Assembly: GCA_947488195.1 (NCBI GenBank)
Contig: CANKYR010000002.1
Coordinates: 5,241-69,240, forward strand
Direction of reading: 5' to 3'
DNA from: Flavobacteriales bacterium
GTDB lineage: Bacteria > Bacteroidota > Bacteroidia > Flavobacteriales_D > Sanyastnellaceae
Length of the DNA: 64,000 nt
The notes below the pieces were generated by a model. The model was given only the letters and a program-made list of their open reading frames with translations, was not told the origin of the DNA and did no database searches. Numbering within the stretch: position 1 is the first letter of the stretch; every line of letters begins with the position of its first letter. Below are positions 54,519 through 62,314 of this stretch, one piece after another. The translations under genes and the position numbers were made by a program.

Positions 54519-55748
54519 TTAATTCGATAATCGATTCTTTAATTCTTGATCAATAGCATCCAAGAAATCTTCAGTGGTTAAATAATGTTCTTCGCGTGTT
54601 TCACTTCCGTGAATACAAACCGCAAGATCCTTTGTCATCTTTCCATCCTGAACCAAATCAACACATACCGTTTCAAGTGTCCGCGCAAATGTGATTAACT
54701 CTTGGTTGTTGTCTAATTTCCCACGGAAAGCAAGACCCTGCGTCCATGCAAAAATAGAAGCAATCGGATTGGTCGAAGTCTTCTTTCCTTGTTGGTGCTG
54801 GCGGTAGTGACGAGTCACTGTTCCGTGAGCTGCTTCTGCTTCCATGGTCATTCCATCAGGAGTAATTAAAGCGGAAGTCATAAGTCCCAATGAACCGAAT
54901 CCTTGCGCTACGATATCGCTTTGAACGTCACCGTCGTAGTTCTTACATGCCCAAACAAATCCACCGTCGCTCTTCAAGCAGAACGCAACCATATCATCAA
55001 TTAAACGGTGCTCATAGGTGATTCCTAATTCTGCGAATTTCGATTTGAATTCATTCTGATATACTTCTTCAAAGATGTCTTTGAAACGTCCGTCGTAATG
55101 CTTTAAAATGGTGTTCTTCGAAGAGAAATATAAATTCCAATTGCGCATAATGGCTTGGTTGAAACAACTGCGAGCGAAACCATAGATGCTCTCGTCTGTG
55201 TTGTACATAGCCATTGCAACGCCATCGCCATCGAAGTTAAAGACTTCCCAAGACTTTGTTTCACCGCCGTCTTCAGGGGTGTAGGTCATGGTTAATTTTC
55301 CTTTCCCTTTGATAACAGTATCTGTTGCGCGGTATTGGTCTCCGAAGGCGTGACGACCAATGTTAATAGGCTTGGTCCAACCGGGAACCAACTTAGGAAT
55401 GTTGTTGCAAATGATTGGCTCACGGAATACAGTTCCACCTATAATGTTACGAATGGTTCCGTTTGGTGACTTCCACATTTTCTTCAATCCAAATTCTTGA
55501 ACACGCGCTTCGTCAGGAGTGATGGTGGCGCACTTAACCGCTACATTGTATTTCAAAGTAGCTTCTGCAGACTCAACAGTCACGCGGTCTTCCGTAGCAT
55601 CACGATTTTCAATTCCTAAATCGAAATATTTAATATCTAGTTCTACATATGGAAGAATTAATTTGTCTTTGATGTATTTCCAAATGATGCGAGTCATTTC
55701 ATCGCCATCCATTTCAACAATTGGATTGGCTACTTTGATTTTATTCAT
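54519..55748 (-). CDS. icd: NADP-dependent isocitrate dehydrogenase, eukaryote-like (subfamily II) type
   Basis: 409 aa. [43 protein letters not shown] and [14 protein letters not shown] are nearly identical to the cytosolic IDH1-type sequences I remember. Confidence 0.95.
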   Translation of the reverse strand: MNKIKVANPIVEMDGDEMTRIIWKYIKDKLILPYVELDIKYFDLGIENRDATEDRVTVESAEATLKYNVAVKCATITPDEARVQEFGLKKMWKSPNGTIRNIIGGTVFREPIICNNIPKLVPGWTKPINIGRHAFGDQYRATDTVIKGKGKLTMTYTPEDGGETKSWEVFNFDGDGVAMAMYNTDESIYGFARSCFNQAIMRNWNLYFSSKNTILKHYDGRFKDIFEEVYQNEFKSKFAELGITYEHRLIDDMVAFCLKSDGGFVWACKNYDGDVQSDIVAQGFGSLGLMTSALITPDGMTMEAEAAHGTVTRHYRQHQQGKKTSTNPIASIFAWTQGLAFRGKLDNNQELITFARTLETVCVDLVQDGKMTKDLAVCIHGSETREEHYLTTEDFLDAIDQELKNRLSN

Positions 55749-55767
55749 GTCTTGATTGATTAGGGTA

Positions 55768-55775
55768 CAAAAATA
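55768..55775 (-). promoter_or_regulatory. Candidate -7 promoter box for icd
   Basis: Minus-strand TATTTTTG (exact TAnnTTTG) 19 nt upstream of ATG 55748. It coincides with the U-tract of the ndk terminator. Confidence 0.4.
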
Positions 55776-55776
55776 A

Positions 55777-55809
55777 ATCGGGAGCTGCTAATTAAAGCGA
55801 GCTCCCGAT
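55777..55809 (-). terminator. Rho-independent terminator after ndk
   Basis: 10-bp perfect stem ATCGGGAGCT / AGCTCCCGAT (extendable by GCT/AGC with one bulge). On the minus strand it is followed by TTTATTTTT. Confidence 0.75.
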
Positions 55810-55833
55810 GTTTTTTCAGTTTTTGTTTAAAAC

Positions 55834-56253
55834 TTAAACTTGCTCGCGCTTAGAGAAGAAAAATGAACCTTCGATGGCTGCATTCTCGTCGCTATCTGAA
55901 CCGTGAACGGCGTTCGCAGCAATGCTTGTAGCGAACATGCGACGAATAGTTCCTTCGTCTGCTTTTGAAGGGTCAGTAGCACCAATAAGTGTTCTGAAAC
56001 TTTCAACTGCGTTATCTTTTTCAAGAATAGCCGCCACGATAGGACCGCTAGTCATGTATTCTACTAATTCTCCGTAGAACGGACGCTCTTTGTGAACCTC
56101 GTAAAAACGAGAAGCATCTTCTTTGGTAAGTTGTGTTAATTTCATTGCGCGGATAGAGAATCCTGCTTCAATGATTTTGTCAATGATTTTTCCTGTGTTA
56201 CCAGCAGCTGTTGCATCTGGTTTAATCATCGTAAAAGTGCGATTTCCTGACAT
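55834..56253 (-). CDS. ndk: Nucleoside-diphosphate kinase
   Basis: 139 aa from ATG 56253 ([13 protein letters not shown]). Active-site NAVHGSDS. Confidence 0.95.
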   Translation of the reverse strand: MSGNRTFTMIKPDATAAGNTGKIIDKIIEAGFSIRAMKLTQLTKEDASRFYEVHKERPFYGELVEYMTSGPIVAAILEKDNAVESFRTLIGATDPSKADEGTIRRMFATSIAANAVHGSDSDENAAIEGSFFFSKREQV

Positions 56254-56271
56254 AATAAATATTTTGGATTG

Positions 56272-56279
56272 CAAAAATA
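56272..56279 (-). promoter_or_regulatory. Candidate -7 promoter box for ndk
   Basis: Minus-strand TATTTTTG (exact TAnnTTTG) 18 nt upstream of ATG 56253. This supports the shorter start. Confidence 0.4.
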
Positions 56280-56317
56280 CAACATTCCCATTCTAAATTC
56301 GCTGAAAATTAACTGAG

Positions 56318-57559
56318 ATGAATTCAAACCTTACTTCGGCGCAAGCCATGGAATTGGAAGATAATTATGGAGCCCACAACTACCATCCGATTCCGGTTGT
56401 AATTGCCAAGGGGAAAGGCGCCAAGGTTTGGGATTTAGAAGGGAAGGAGTATTTCGATTTTCTTTCGGCATACTCTGCGGTTAACCAAGGGCACTGCCAT
56501 CCGAAAATTATTCAAGCTTTGAAAGATCAAGCAGAGAAAGTGACACTCACTTCTCGTGCGTTTTATAACAGTGAATTGGGGACCTATGAAAAGTTCATTA
56601 CTGAATACTTTGGTTATGAAAAAGTTCTTCCGATGAATACGGGCGTTGAAGGCGGGGAGACCGCTGTGAAGTTGGCGCGCAAGTGGGGTTATAAAGTGAA
56701 AGGCATTGCAGACAACCAAGCGAAAGTAGTTTTTGTAGAAGGGAATTTTTGGGGAAGAACACTGGCTGCAATTTCTACTTCTCAGGATCCTAGCAGTTAT
56801 GCAGGATTCGGTCCGTATATGCCCGGATTCCTGTCTATTCCTTACAATGACTTGAACGCATTAGAAACTTGTTTGTCAAGCGATTCGAACATTGCTGGAT
56901 TTATGTTCGAACCTATTCAAGGGGAAGCTGGTGTGGTTGTTCCGCATGAAGGGTATTTGGCAGGTGTTCGTGCGTTGTGCACGAAGTACAATGTGTTGAT
57001 GATTGCCGATGAGGTTCAAACCGGATTGGCGCGCACAGGAAAGATGTTGGCTTGCGATCATGAAAATGTAAAGCCCGATATTTTAGTTTTAGGAAAAGCG
57101 CTTTCAGGAGGAGTTCTTCCCGTGAGTGCTGTTCTTTCAACCAATGAAATTATTCTTACGATTAAGCCAGGTGAGCACGGCAGCACCTACGGCGGAAATC
57201 CTCTAGCTTGCGCTGTTGCAACAGCCGCGTTGGAAGTTCTTCGCGATGAACACATGGCAGAAAATTCAGAGCGTTTGGGAGAGCTATTCAGAAGTGAAAT
57301 GAGAAAACTTCAAAGTGAAGTTTCGTTAGTTACGCTTGTTCGTGGAAAAGGATTGTTGAACGCTGTTGTGATTGATGATCACGAAGAAAGCGAAGCGGCT
57401 TGGAACATTTGCGTTGACCTTGCGAGGAATGGGTTACTTGCCAAACCTACACATGGAAACATAATTCGTTTTGCTCCTCCATTGTGCATTACCGAAGCAG
57501 AGATTATGCAATGCGTTGAAATTATTTCAAACGTCATTAAAGCTCACGCCAAGAAGTAA
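56318..57559 (+). CDS. rocD: Ornithine--oxo-acid aminotransferase
   Basis: 413 aa. [47 protein letters not shown], and the PLP Lys in [10 protein letters not shown]. Confidence 0.9.
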   Translation: MNSNLTSAQAMELEDNYGAHNYHPIPVVIAKGKGAKVWDLEGKEYFDFLSAYSAVNQGHCHPKIIQALKDQAEKVTLTSRAFYNSELGTYEKFITEYFGYEKVLPMNTGVEGGETAVKLARKWGYKVKGIADNQAKVVFVEGNFWGRTLAAISTSQDPSSYAGFGPYMPGFLSIPYNDLNALETCLSSDSNIAGFMFEPIQGEAGVVVPHEGYLAGVRALCTKYNVLMIADEVQTGLARTGKMLACDHENVKPDILVLGKALSGGVLPVSAVLSTNEIILTIKPGEHGSTYGGNPLACAVATAALEVLRDEHMAENSERLGELFRSEMRKLQSEVSLVTLVRGKGLLNAVVIDDHEESEAAWNICVDLARNGLLAKPTHGNIIRFAPPLCITEAEIMQCVEIISNVIKAHAKK

Positions 57560-57563
57560 AACG

Positions 57564-57585
57564 AAAGGGTTATAACCAACCCTTT
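57564..57585. terminator. Hairpin at the rocD / cysteine-synthase convergent junction (possible bidirectional terminator)
   Basis: 8-bp stem AAAGGGTT / AACCCTTT with loop ATAACC. The right arm is formed by the last codons of the minus-strand gene (..KGWL stop). Confidence 0.35.
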
Positions 57586-58547
57586 GATTTCATCCATTCG
57601 TCGTTGAACATTTTGCCCAAGTAGCGAGTCCCGTGATCGTGGAAGATAACCACTACCACATCTCCTTCTTTGAATCTATCTTTCATTTGAATAACACCAG
57701 CCATGGCTGAACCTGCGCTGTTTCCAGCGAAGATCCCTTCTTCTTTTGCAATTTTACGTGTGTAAATCGCAGCGTCTTTGTCGGTTACTTTTTCGAAGTG
57801 ATTAATCAAGTTAAAGTCAACATTTTCTGGAAGGAAATCTTCACCAATTCCTTCGGTAACGTAGGTGTAAATTTCTTCCTTGCTGTATGCTCCCGTTTCT
57901 TTGTATTGTTTGAATATCGAACCATAGGTATCGATACCCAACACTTGAATATTTGGATTTTTTTCTTTTAAGAAACGAGCAGTTCCAGAAATAGTTCCAC
58001 CTGTTCCAACACCAACAACCAAGTGCGTTATCTTTCCATCTGTTTGATCCCAGATCTCTGGACCTGTTGATTCGTAGTGTGCTTGCGCGTTACTTGGATT
58101 GTCGTACTGATTCGGCTTCCAAGAATTGGGAGTTTCTTTTTCTAAACGTGAAGAAACGCTGTAGTACGAGCGTGGATCTTCTGGATCCACATCTGTTGGA
58201 CATACAATTACTTCTGCACCCAATGCACGAAGCGCATCGAACTTCTCTTTACTCTGTTTGTCTGTACTTGTGAAAATACACTTGTATCCTTTCATGATCG
58301 CCGCAATGGCTAGACCCATTCCGGTGTTTCCTGAAGTTCCTTCGATAATGGTTCCGCCTGGCTTTAATCTTCCGTCTTTTTCCGCGTCTTCAATCATCTT
58401 CAGCGCCATGCGATCTTTTATGGAATTTCCAGGATTAAAGGTTTCCACTTTCGCCAACACTAATGCTGGAATGTCTTTCACTATGGTGTTTAATTTCACC
58501 ATAGGTGTATTGCCAATGGTGCCTAGAATGTTTTCGTGATACTTCAT
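57570..58547 (-). CDS. PLP-dependent cysteine synthase / cystathionine beta-synthase family enzyme
   Basis: 325 aa from ATG 58547 (MKYHENILGTIGNTPMVKLN). NPGNSIKDRMA (PLP Lys) and GTSGNTGMGLA. The ORF-track N-terminal extension would overlap the upstream permease gene. Confidence 0.88.
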   Translation of the reverse strand: MKYHENILGTIGNTPMVKLNTIVKDIPALVLAKVETFNPGNSIKDRMALKMIEDAEKDGRLKPGGTIIEGTSGNTGMGLAIAAIMKGYKCIFTSTDKQSKEKFDALRALGAEVIVCPTDVDPEDPRSYYSVSSRLEKETPNSWKPNQYDNPSNAQAHYESTGPEIWDQTDGKITHLVVGVGTGGTISGTARFLKEKNPNIQVLGIDTYGSIFKQYKETGAYSKEEIYTYVTEGIGEDFLPENVDFNLINHFEKVTDKDAAIYTRKIAKEEGIFAGNSAGSAMAGVIQMKDRFKEGDVVVVIFHDHGTRYLGKMFNDEWMKSKGWL

Positions 58548-58570
58548 GCTGCGAAGGTAGGTCGGAAGAT

Positions 58571-60100
58571 TTAATTTTTTCTGATCGACTCTGCTGGTCG
58601 GAAGGTTGATACGTAAAGCGATGGAAGAATCATGGCTAATACACACACGCAAAGCGTAAGTGCATTCAACACAACGATTTCCATTGGGTTCATGAGAATG
58701 GGAATCTCTGACACGTAATAATTAGCAGGATCTAATTTGAAAAATCCGGTGTATTTCTGAAACAGAGCGATTCCAATGCCGAGGATATTTCCAATGAGAA
58801 CACCTTTACCAATGATGTGTGCTGCATGCCATAAGAAGACACGCAACATGATTGGATTGGGTAATCCCATAGATTTTAGCGTGCCAATGAACGATTGTCT
58901 TTCGAGAATGAGAATTAGCAATGCAGAAGTCATGTTCACGATTGATAGCACTACCATGAGCACCACAATAATGACCACGTTCACATCGAGCATTTCCAAC
59001 CAAGCAAAAATTTCCGGATTGCGATCCGTTAATGGTATCACGAATAAGTCATACGGAATGGCTTCCCACAAGGGATCTCTCACTTGCTCAAGCGCTTCGT
59101 AATTTTCAACTTGAACTTCATATCCACCAATGTAATTCACTTCGCTTCCGCGCAAGTTCGAATAGGTCCATCGCGGAGTAACGAATTCATTCTCGCCGTG
59201 AGGTGGAAATTTTAAGTGAACGTAAGTGGTATCTGGAATTTGATAAGGCGCAGTAGTAATTAAACCGAAGGTAGTGTCGCGCATTTCCAGATAATAGATA
59301 GGATCTTTGGCGGGCGTTCCGTCGAGCCAGCGTTGTTCGAATTCCCCGTTATTACCGAACCCAATTGGAGAAATGAAAGTGAGCAAAGGAACCGTTGCTG
59401 TATCTACGACTATTTGTCCTTGCAGCCCCCAACCTCCGAACTGCTGCAGATAAGCGAGATGCACGAAAATGAATTTCTCATCGTACTCTTCCAACTCTGT
59501 TTTGTAAGTTCCAACCAGTGTGAAATTTTGTTGTTGAATATCGTCTTCGCTGTTAACGATATACAAACTCATTTTTTGTCCGAGTTGAAGCGCTAACCGA
59601 TTCGCAATGTATTCAGACAATACAATTTCAGCAACAGGAAGAGTGTCTGGGTTATACTTCAATTGCATCACACGGCCTTGTGTAAGAACACTGTGCAAAA
59701 ATGTAGTGTCGTATTGTTCTTCGATACCCTTTGCAACAACTCCTGACAATCCAGCTTTCGACTCCACAATGGCGGGCTTTTGAGCGTAAACGCTGATGTT
59801 TTTTATACCTGGAATTTTCTTTAATTCTTGAATTAAGGATTTATCGTAAAGCAATGGCACCGATTCTTGCGCAGCGTTATCACCGTTCGAAACAATTTGA
59901 AAATGGCCGCCGAATCCAATTACTTTTTGTCGCACTTCTGATTGAAAGCCTTTCACAATGGCCAATGCAAGAATCATAAGCGCAATTCCAATGGCCACTC
60001 CCCACATAGCAATGCGGACAATTGGCTTTGAAATGCGCCCATTGTCGCTTGCTTTCAGCATGCGAAAAGCTAAGAAAGAGGCTAGCTTAAAAGATTTCAT
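58571..60100 (-). CDS. FtsX/LolE-like ABC transporter permease with an enlarged periplasmic domain
   Basis: 509 aa. N-terminal TM (RIAMWGVAIGIALMILALAIV), a long periplasmic region (about aa 55-365), and a C-terminal FtsX three-TM bundle (VNVVIIVVLMVVLSIVNM..., ...LTLCVCVLAMILPSLYVS). Confidence 0.8.
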   Translation of the reverse strand: MKSFKLASFLAFRMLKASDNGRISKPIVRIAMWGVAIGIALMILALAIVKGFQSEVRQKVIGFGGHFQIVSNGDNAAQESVPLLYDKSLIQELKKIPGIKNISVYAQKPAIVESKAGLSGVVAKGIEEQYDTTFLHSVLTQGRVMQLKYNPDTLPVAEIVLSEYIANRLALQLGQKMSLYIVNSEDDIQQQNFTLVGTYKTELEEYDEKFIFVHLAYLQQFGGWGLQGQIVVDTATVPLLTFISPIGFGNNGEFEQRWLDGTPAKDPIYYLEMRDTTFGLITTAPYQIPDTTYVHLKFPPHGENEFVTPRWTYSNLRGSEVNYIGGYEVQVENYEALEQVRDPLWEAIPYDLFVIPLTDRNPEIFAWLEMLDVNVVIIVVLMVVLSIVNMTSALLILILERQSFIGTLKSMGLPNPIMLRVFLWHAAHIIGKGVLIGNILGIGIALFQKYTGFFKLDPANYYVSEIPILMNPMEIVVLNALTLCVCVLAMILPSLYVSTFRPAESIRKN

Positions 60101-60107
60101 TGCGGCT

Positions 60108-60115
60108 CAAAGTTA
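60108..60115 (-). promoter_or_regulatory. Candidate -7 promoter box for the FtsX-like permease gene
   Basis: Minus-strand TAACTTTG (exact TAnnTTTG) 7 nt upstream of ATG 60100. Confidence 0.35.
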
Positions 60116-60173
60116 GGACTTCGACATTGGAAAGTTACTAACTTCATTTATTTCGGTTCAATTTTGGTTAAGA

Positions 60174-61364
60174 ATGAACAAAATTTGTTTGCCCATGAAA
60201 CACGTTCGTTTTCATCTTATATTCTTTGTTGTTTTAGTGCTAAACACTGCTCACGTGTTTGCACAAAGTTCTGGCGCCTCAAATACTGTCGCTTACTTTG
60301 AGTTGTTGAAGAACAAACGTGTGGCAGTTGTTGCCAATCAGACCAGTGTTATTGGAAAGGTTCATTTAGTAGACACGCTGTTATCAAGCGGAATTCAAGT
60401 CGTAAAAATATTTGCACCTGAACATGGCTTTCGAGGCGAAGCCGGGAACGGTGATCATGTGAATGACGGCACGGACAAAAAAACGAAGCTCCCCATTATT
60501 TCATTATACGGAAATCATACAAGACCCACTGCGGAAATGCTTTCAGGTGTCGATGTGATTGTTTTCGATATTCAAGATGTTGGGGTTCGGTTTTACACTT
60601 TCCTTGCGACTATGCAGGAAGTTATGGAAGCTGCTGTGCTGAGCAATAATGAGTTTATTGTTTTAGATCGTCCCAATCCGAACGGTTACTACATAGACGG
60701 ACCGGTAATGACGGATAAAAACTTGTATTCGTTTGTTGGACAGTTACCCATTCCTATTGTGCACGGATGCACGCTAGGGGAAATCGCAAAAATGATAAAT
60801 GGTGAAGGTTGGTTAGCGGGCGGAAAATCGTGCGCTCTCACAGTTGTTCCATGCAGTGAATACACGCACAATTCGTATTTCGAATTGCCGATTAAACCGT
60901 CTCCAAATTTGCCCAACATTGCATCGATTTATGCATATCCAAGCTTGTGCTGGTTTGAAGGAACATGCATTAGCATTGGTCGGGGAACAAATCTTCCTTT
61001 CCAACAATTTGGATTTCCGAATTGCAAAGTGGGTGAAACTTCTTTCACCCCAAAAGAAATTAAAGGAGTGTCTTCCAATCCACCATTTGAAAATCAGCTC
61101 TGTAAGGGAATCCAAGTAAATTTCGATAAACGTCCAACACAATTGAACCTATCTTGGCTAACGAGCATGTACAACTGCTATCCCAACAAAGAGAAATTCT
61201 TTTCCTCTCCGAATTTTTTCGATAAGTTAGCCGGAACAACTCAACTTAGAAAGCAGATAATTGGTGGTGTTGGAGAAGATGTTATTCGAATCTCTTGGCA
61301 AAGCGATTTAGATGCCTACAAGGAAATTCGAAAGAAATATTTATTATATCCAGATTTTAATTGA
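60174..61364 (+). CDS. namZ: DUF1343 family protein (NamZ-like exo-beta-N-acetylmuramidase)
   Basis: 396 aa (an alternative start is ATG 60195). Signal peptide, VANQTSV, PEHGFRGE and FDIQDVGVRFYTF, typical of DUF1343. Confidence 0.8.
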   Translation: MNKICLPMKHVRFHLIFFVVLVLNTAHVFAQSSGASNTVAYFELLKNKRVAVVANQTSVIGKVHLVDTLLSSGIQVVKIFAPEHGFRGEAGNGDHVNDGTDKKTKLPIISLYGNHTRPTAEMLSGVDVIVFDIQDVGVRFYTFLATMQEVMEAAVLSNNEFIVLDRPNPNGYYIDGPVMTDKNLYSFVGQLPIPIVHGCTLGEIAKMINGEGWLAGGKSCALTVVPCSEYTHNSYFELPIKPSPNLPNIASIYAYPSLCWFEGTCISIGRGTNLPFQQFGFPNCKVGETSFTPKEIKGVSSNPPFENQLCKGIQVNFDKRPTQLNLSWLTSMYNCYPNKEKFFSSPNFFDKLAGTTQLRKQIIGGVGEDVIRISWQSDLDAYKEIRKKYLLYPDFN

Positions 61365-61366
61365 GC

Positions 61367-61762
61367 ATGAAAATTTCACTTAAGCTTATTCTACTTTCTC
61401 TAGCATTTTTTTTAGGTGGAAAAAGTGCATTCGCGCAGTTGGAAAACACCACCCGTGATGTTGCTCGAAAGCATCCGAACGGAAAGCCTTATGTTGTTGT
61501 TTATATGAAAAATACAACAGGAGAAATAGTGAAGGAAGAAGTGTATTACTCGAATGGAAATCTCGAATGGGAGGGATATTACAAGCGTTCCATTGAAGAA
61601 GGCTCGTGGAAGTATTATTATCCGAATGGAAAATTGAAGAGCAATCAGTATTACACAAAAGGAAAAGAGAACGGTGTGTTTCTAGACTATAACGAAGAGG
61701 GAAAACTAATTAAACAGAGTTTATTCAAAGACGGTAATTTAGTCTCGGAACGAAGTTTTTAA
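61367..61762 (+). CDS. Secreted MORN-variant repeat protein (YwqK-like family)
   Basis: 131 aa from ATG 61367 (MKISLKLILLSLAFFLGGKSAFAQ; the ORF-track start 61361 is a TTG). Repeats of the G-x-W-x-x-Y-Y-x-N-G-x-L type (EGSWKYYYPNGKLKS, ENGVFLDYNEEGKL). Confidence 0.7.
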   Translation: MKISLKLILLSLAFFLGGKSAFAQLENTTRDVARKHPNGKPYVVVYMKNTTGEIVKEEVYYSNGNLEWEGYYKRSIEEGSWKYYYPNGKLKSNQYYTKGKENGVFLDYNEEGKLIKQSLFKDGNLVSERSF

Positions 61763-61764
61763 TC

Positions 61765-62310
61765 TTATTTTTTCGGAAGCCATTTGTTTTCCTCAGCACC
61801 AAGTTCCTGGGCCGCAGCGCGAGAAAGCGTGAACAAATAATCAGAAAGTCGATTCAAGTATTGAATGAAAATCGGATTCACGGTAGAAATCTCTGCAAGA
61901 GCAGTAGCTGTGCGTTCTGCTCTTCTGCAAACCGTTCGTGCAATGTGAATGTGTGAAACAGTCGCGTGACCGCCCGGAAGAATGAAATGCTTCAATTCAG
62001 GAAGCATAGCAGTCATGCGGTCAATTTCTTTTTCAAGAATTTCAGCTGCGTTTTCAGGAAGGGCTGGTAATTGAATTTTTTCCGCCTGATCAGGCTCTGT
62101 TGCCAAGTGACTTCCAACTACAAAAAGATTGTTTTGAATTTCACGAAGAATTTGTTGGTGTGAAGGAAGTAGATCCGCCACTAGACCAATGAACGAATTC
62201 AATTCGTCAATTTCGCCGTAAGCTGCAATGCGTATATGGTGCTTTGGAAGTCGAGTTCCGCCCAATAACATTGTTTTTCCATCGTCTCCTTTCTTCGTGT
62301 AAATCTTCAT
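61765..62310 (-). CDS. pduO: PduO-type ATP:cob(I)alamin adenosyltransferase
   Basis: 181 aa from ATG 62310 (MKIYTKKGDDGKTMLLGG). The ORF-track extension would overlap the aspartokinase 3' end. Confidence 0.9.
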   Translation of the reverse strand: MKIYTKKGDDGKTMLLGGTRLPKHHIRIAAYGEIDELNSFIGLVADLLPSHQQILREIQNNLFVVGSHLATEPDQAEKIQLPALPENAAEILEKEIDRMTAMLPELKHFILPGGHATVSHIHIARTVCRRAERTATALAEISTVNPIFIQYLNRLSDYLFTLSRAAAQELGAEENKWLPKK

Positions 62311-62314
62311 ACTC

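Noticed and set aside
58548-58652. N-terminal extensions offered by the ORF track: cysteine synthase 58548-58652, PduO 62311-62391, porU 47256-47297, porV 43335-43358, adhesin 12436-12486, CoxIV 30517-30567, small CxxC ORF 32725-32793, ndk 56254-56274.
   Set aside because: In each case the extension overlaps the neighbouring gene, a terminator or a promoter box. An internal ATG then gives a canonical N-terminus: a signal peptide, or the conserved family start such as MKIYTKKGDDGKT or [13 protein letters not shown].
61367-61762. The YwqK-like MORN-repeat protein as the antitoxin half of a toxin-antitoxin or polymorphic-toxin module.
   Set aside because: It has a signal peptide, and no toxin-like gene (deaminase, nuclease or LXG/Rhs type) is adjacent. 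Its neighbours are the NamZ-like gene and a convergent PduO gene.
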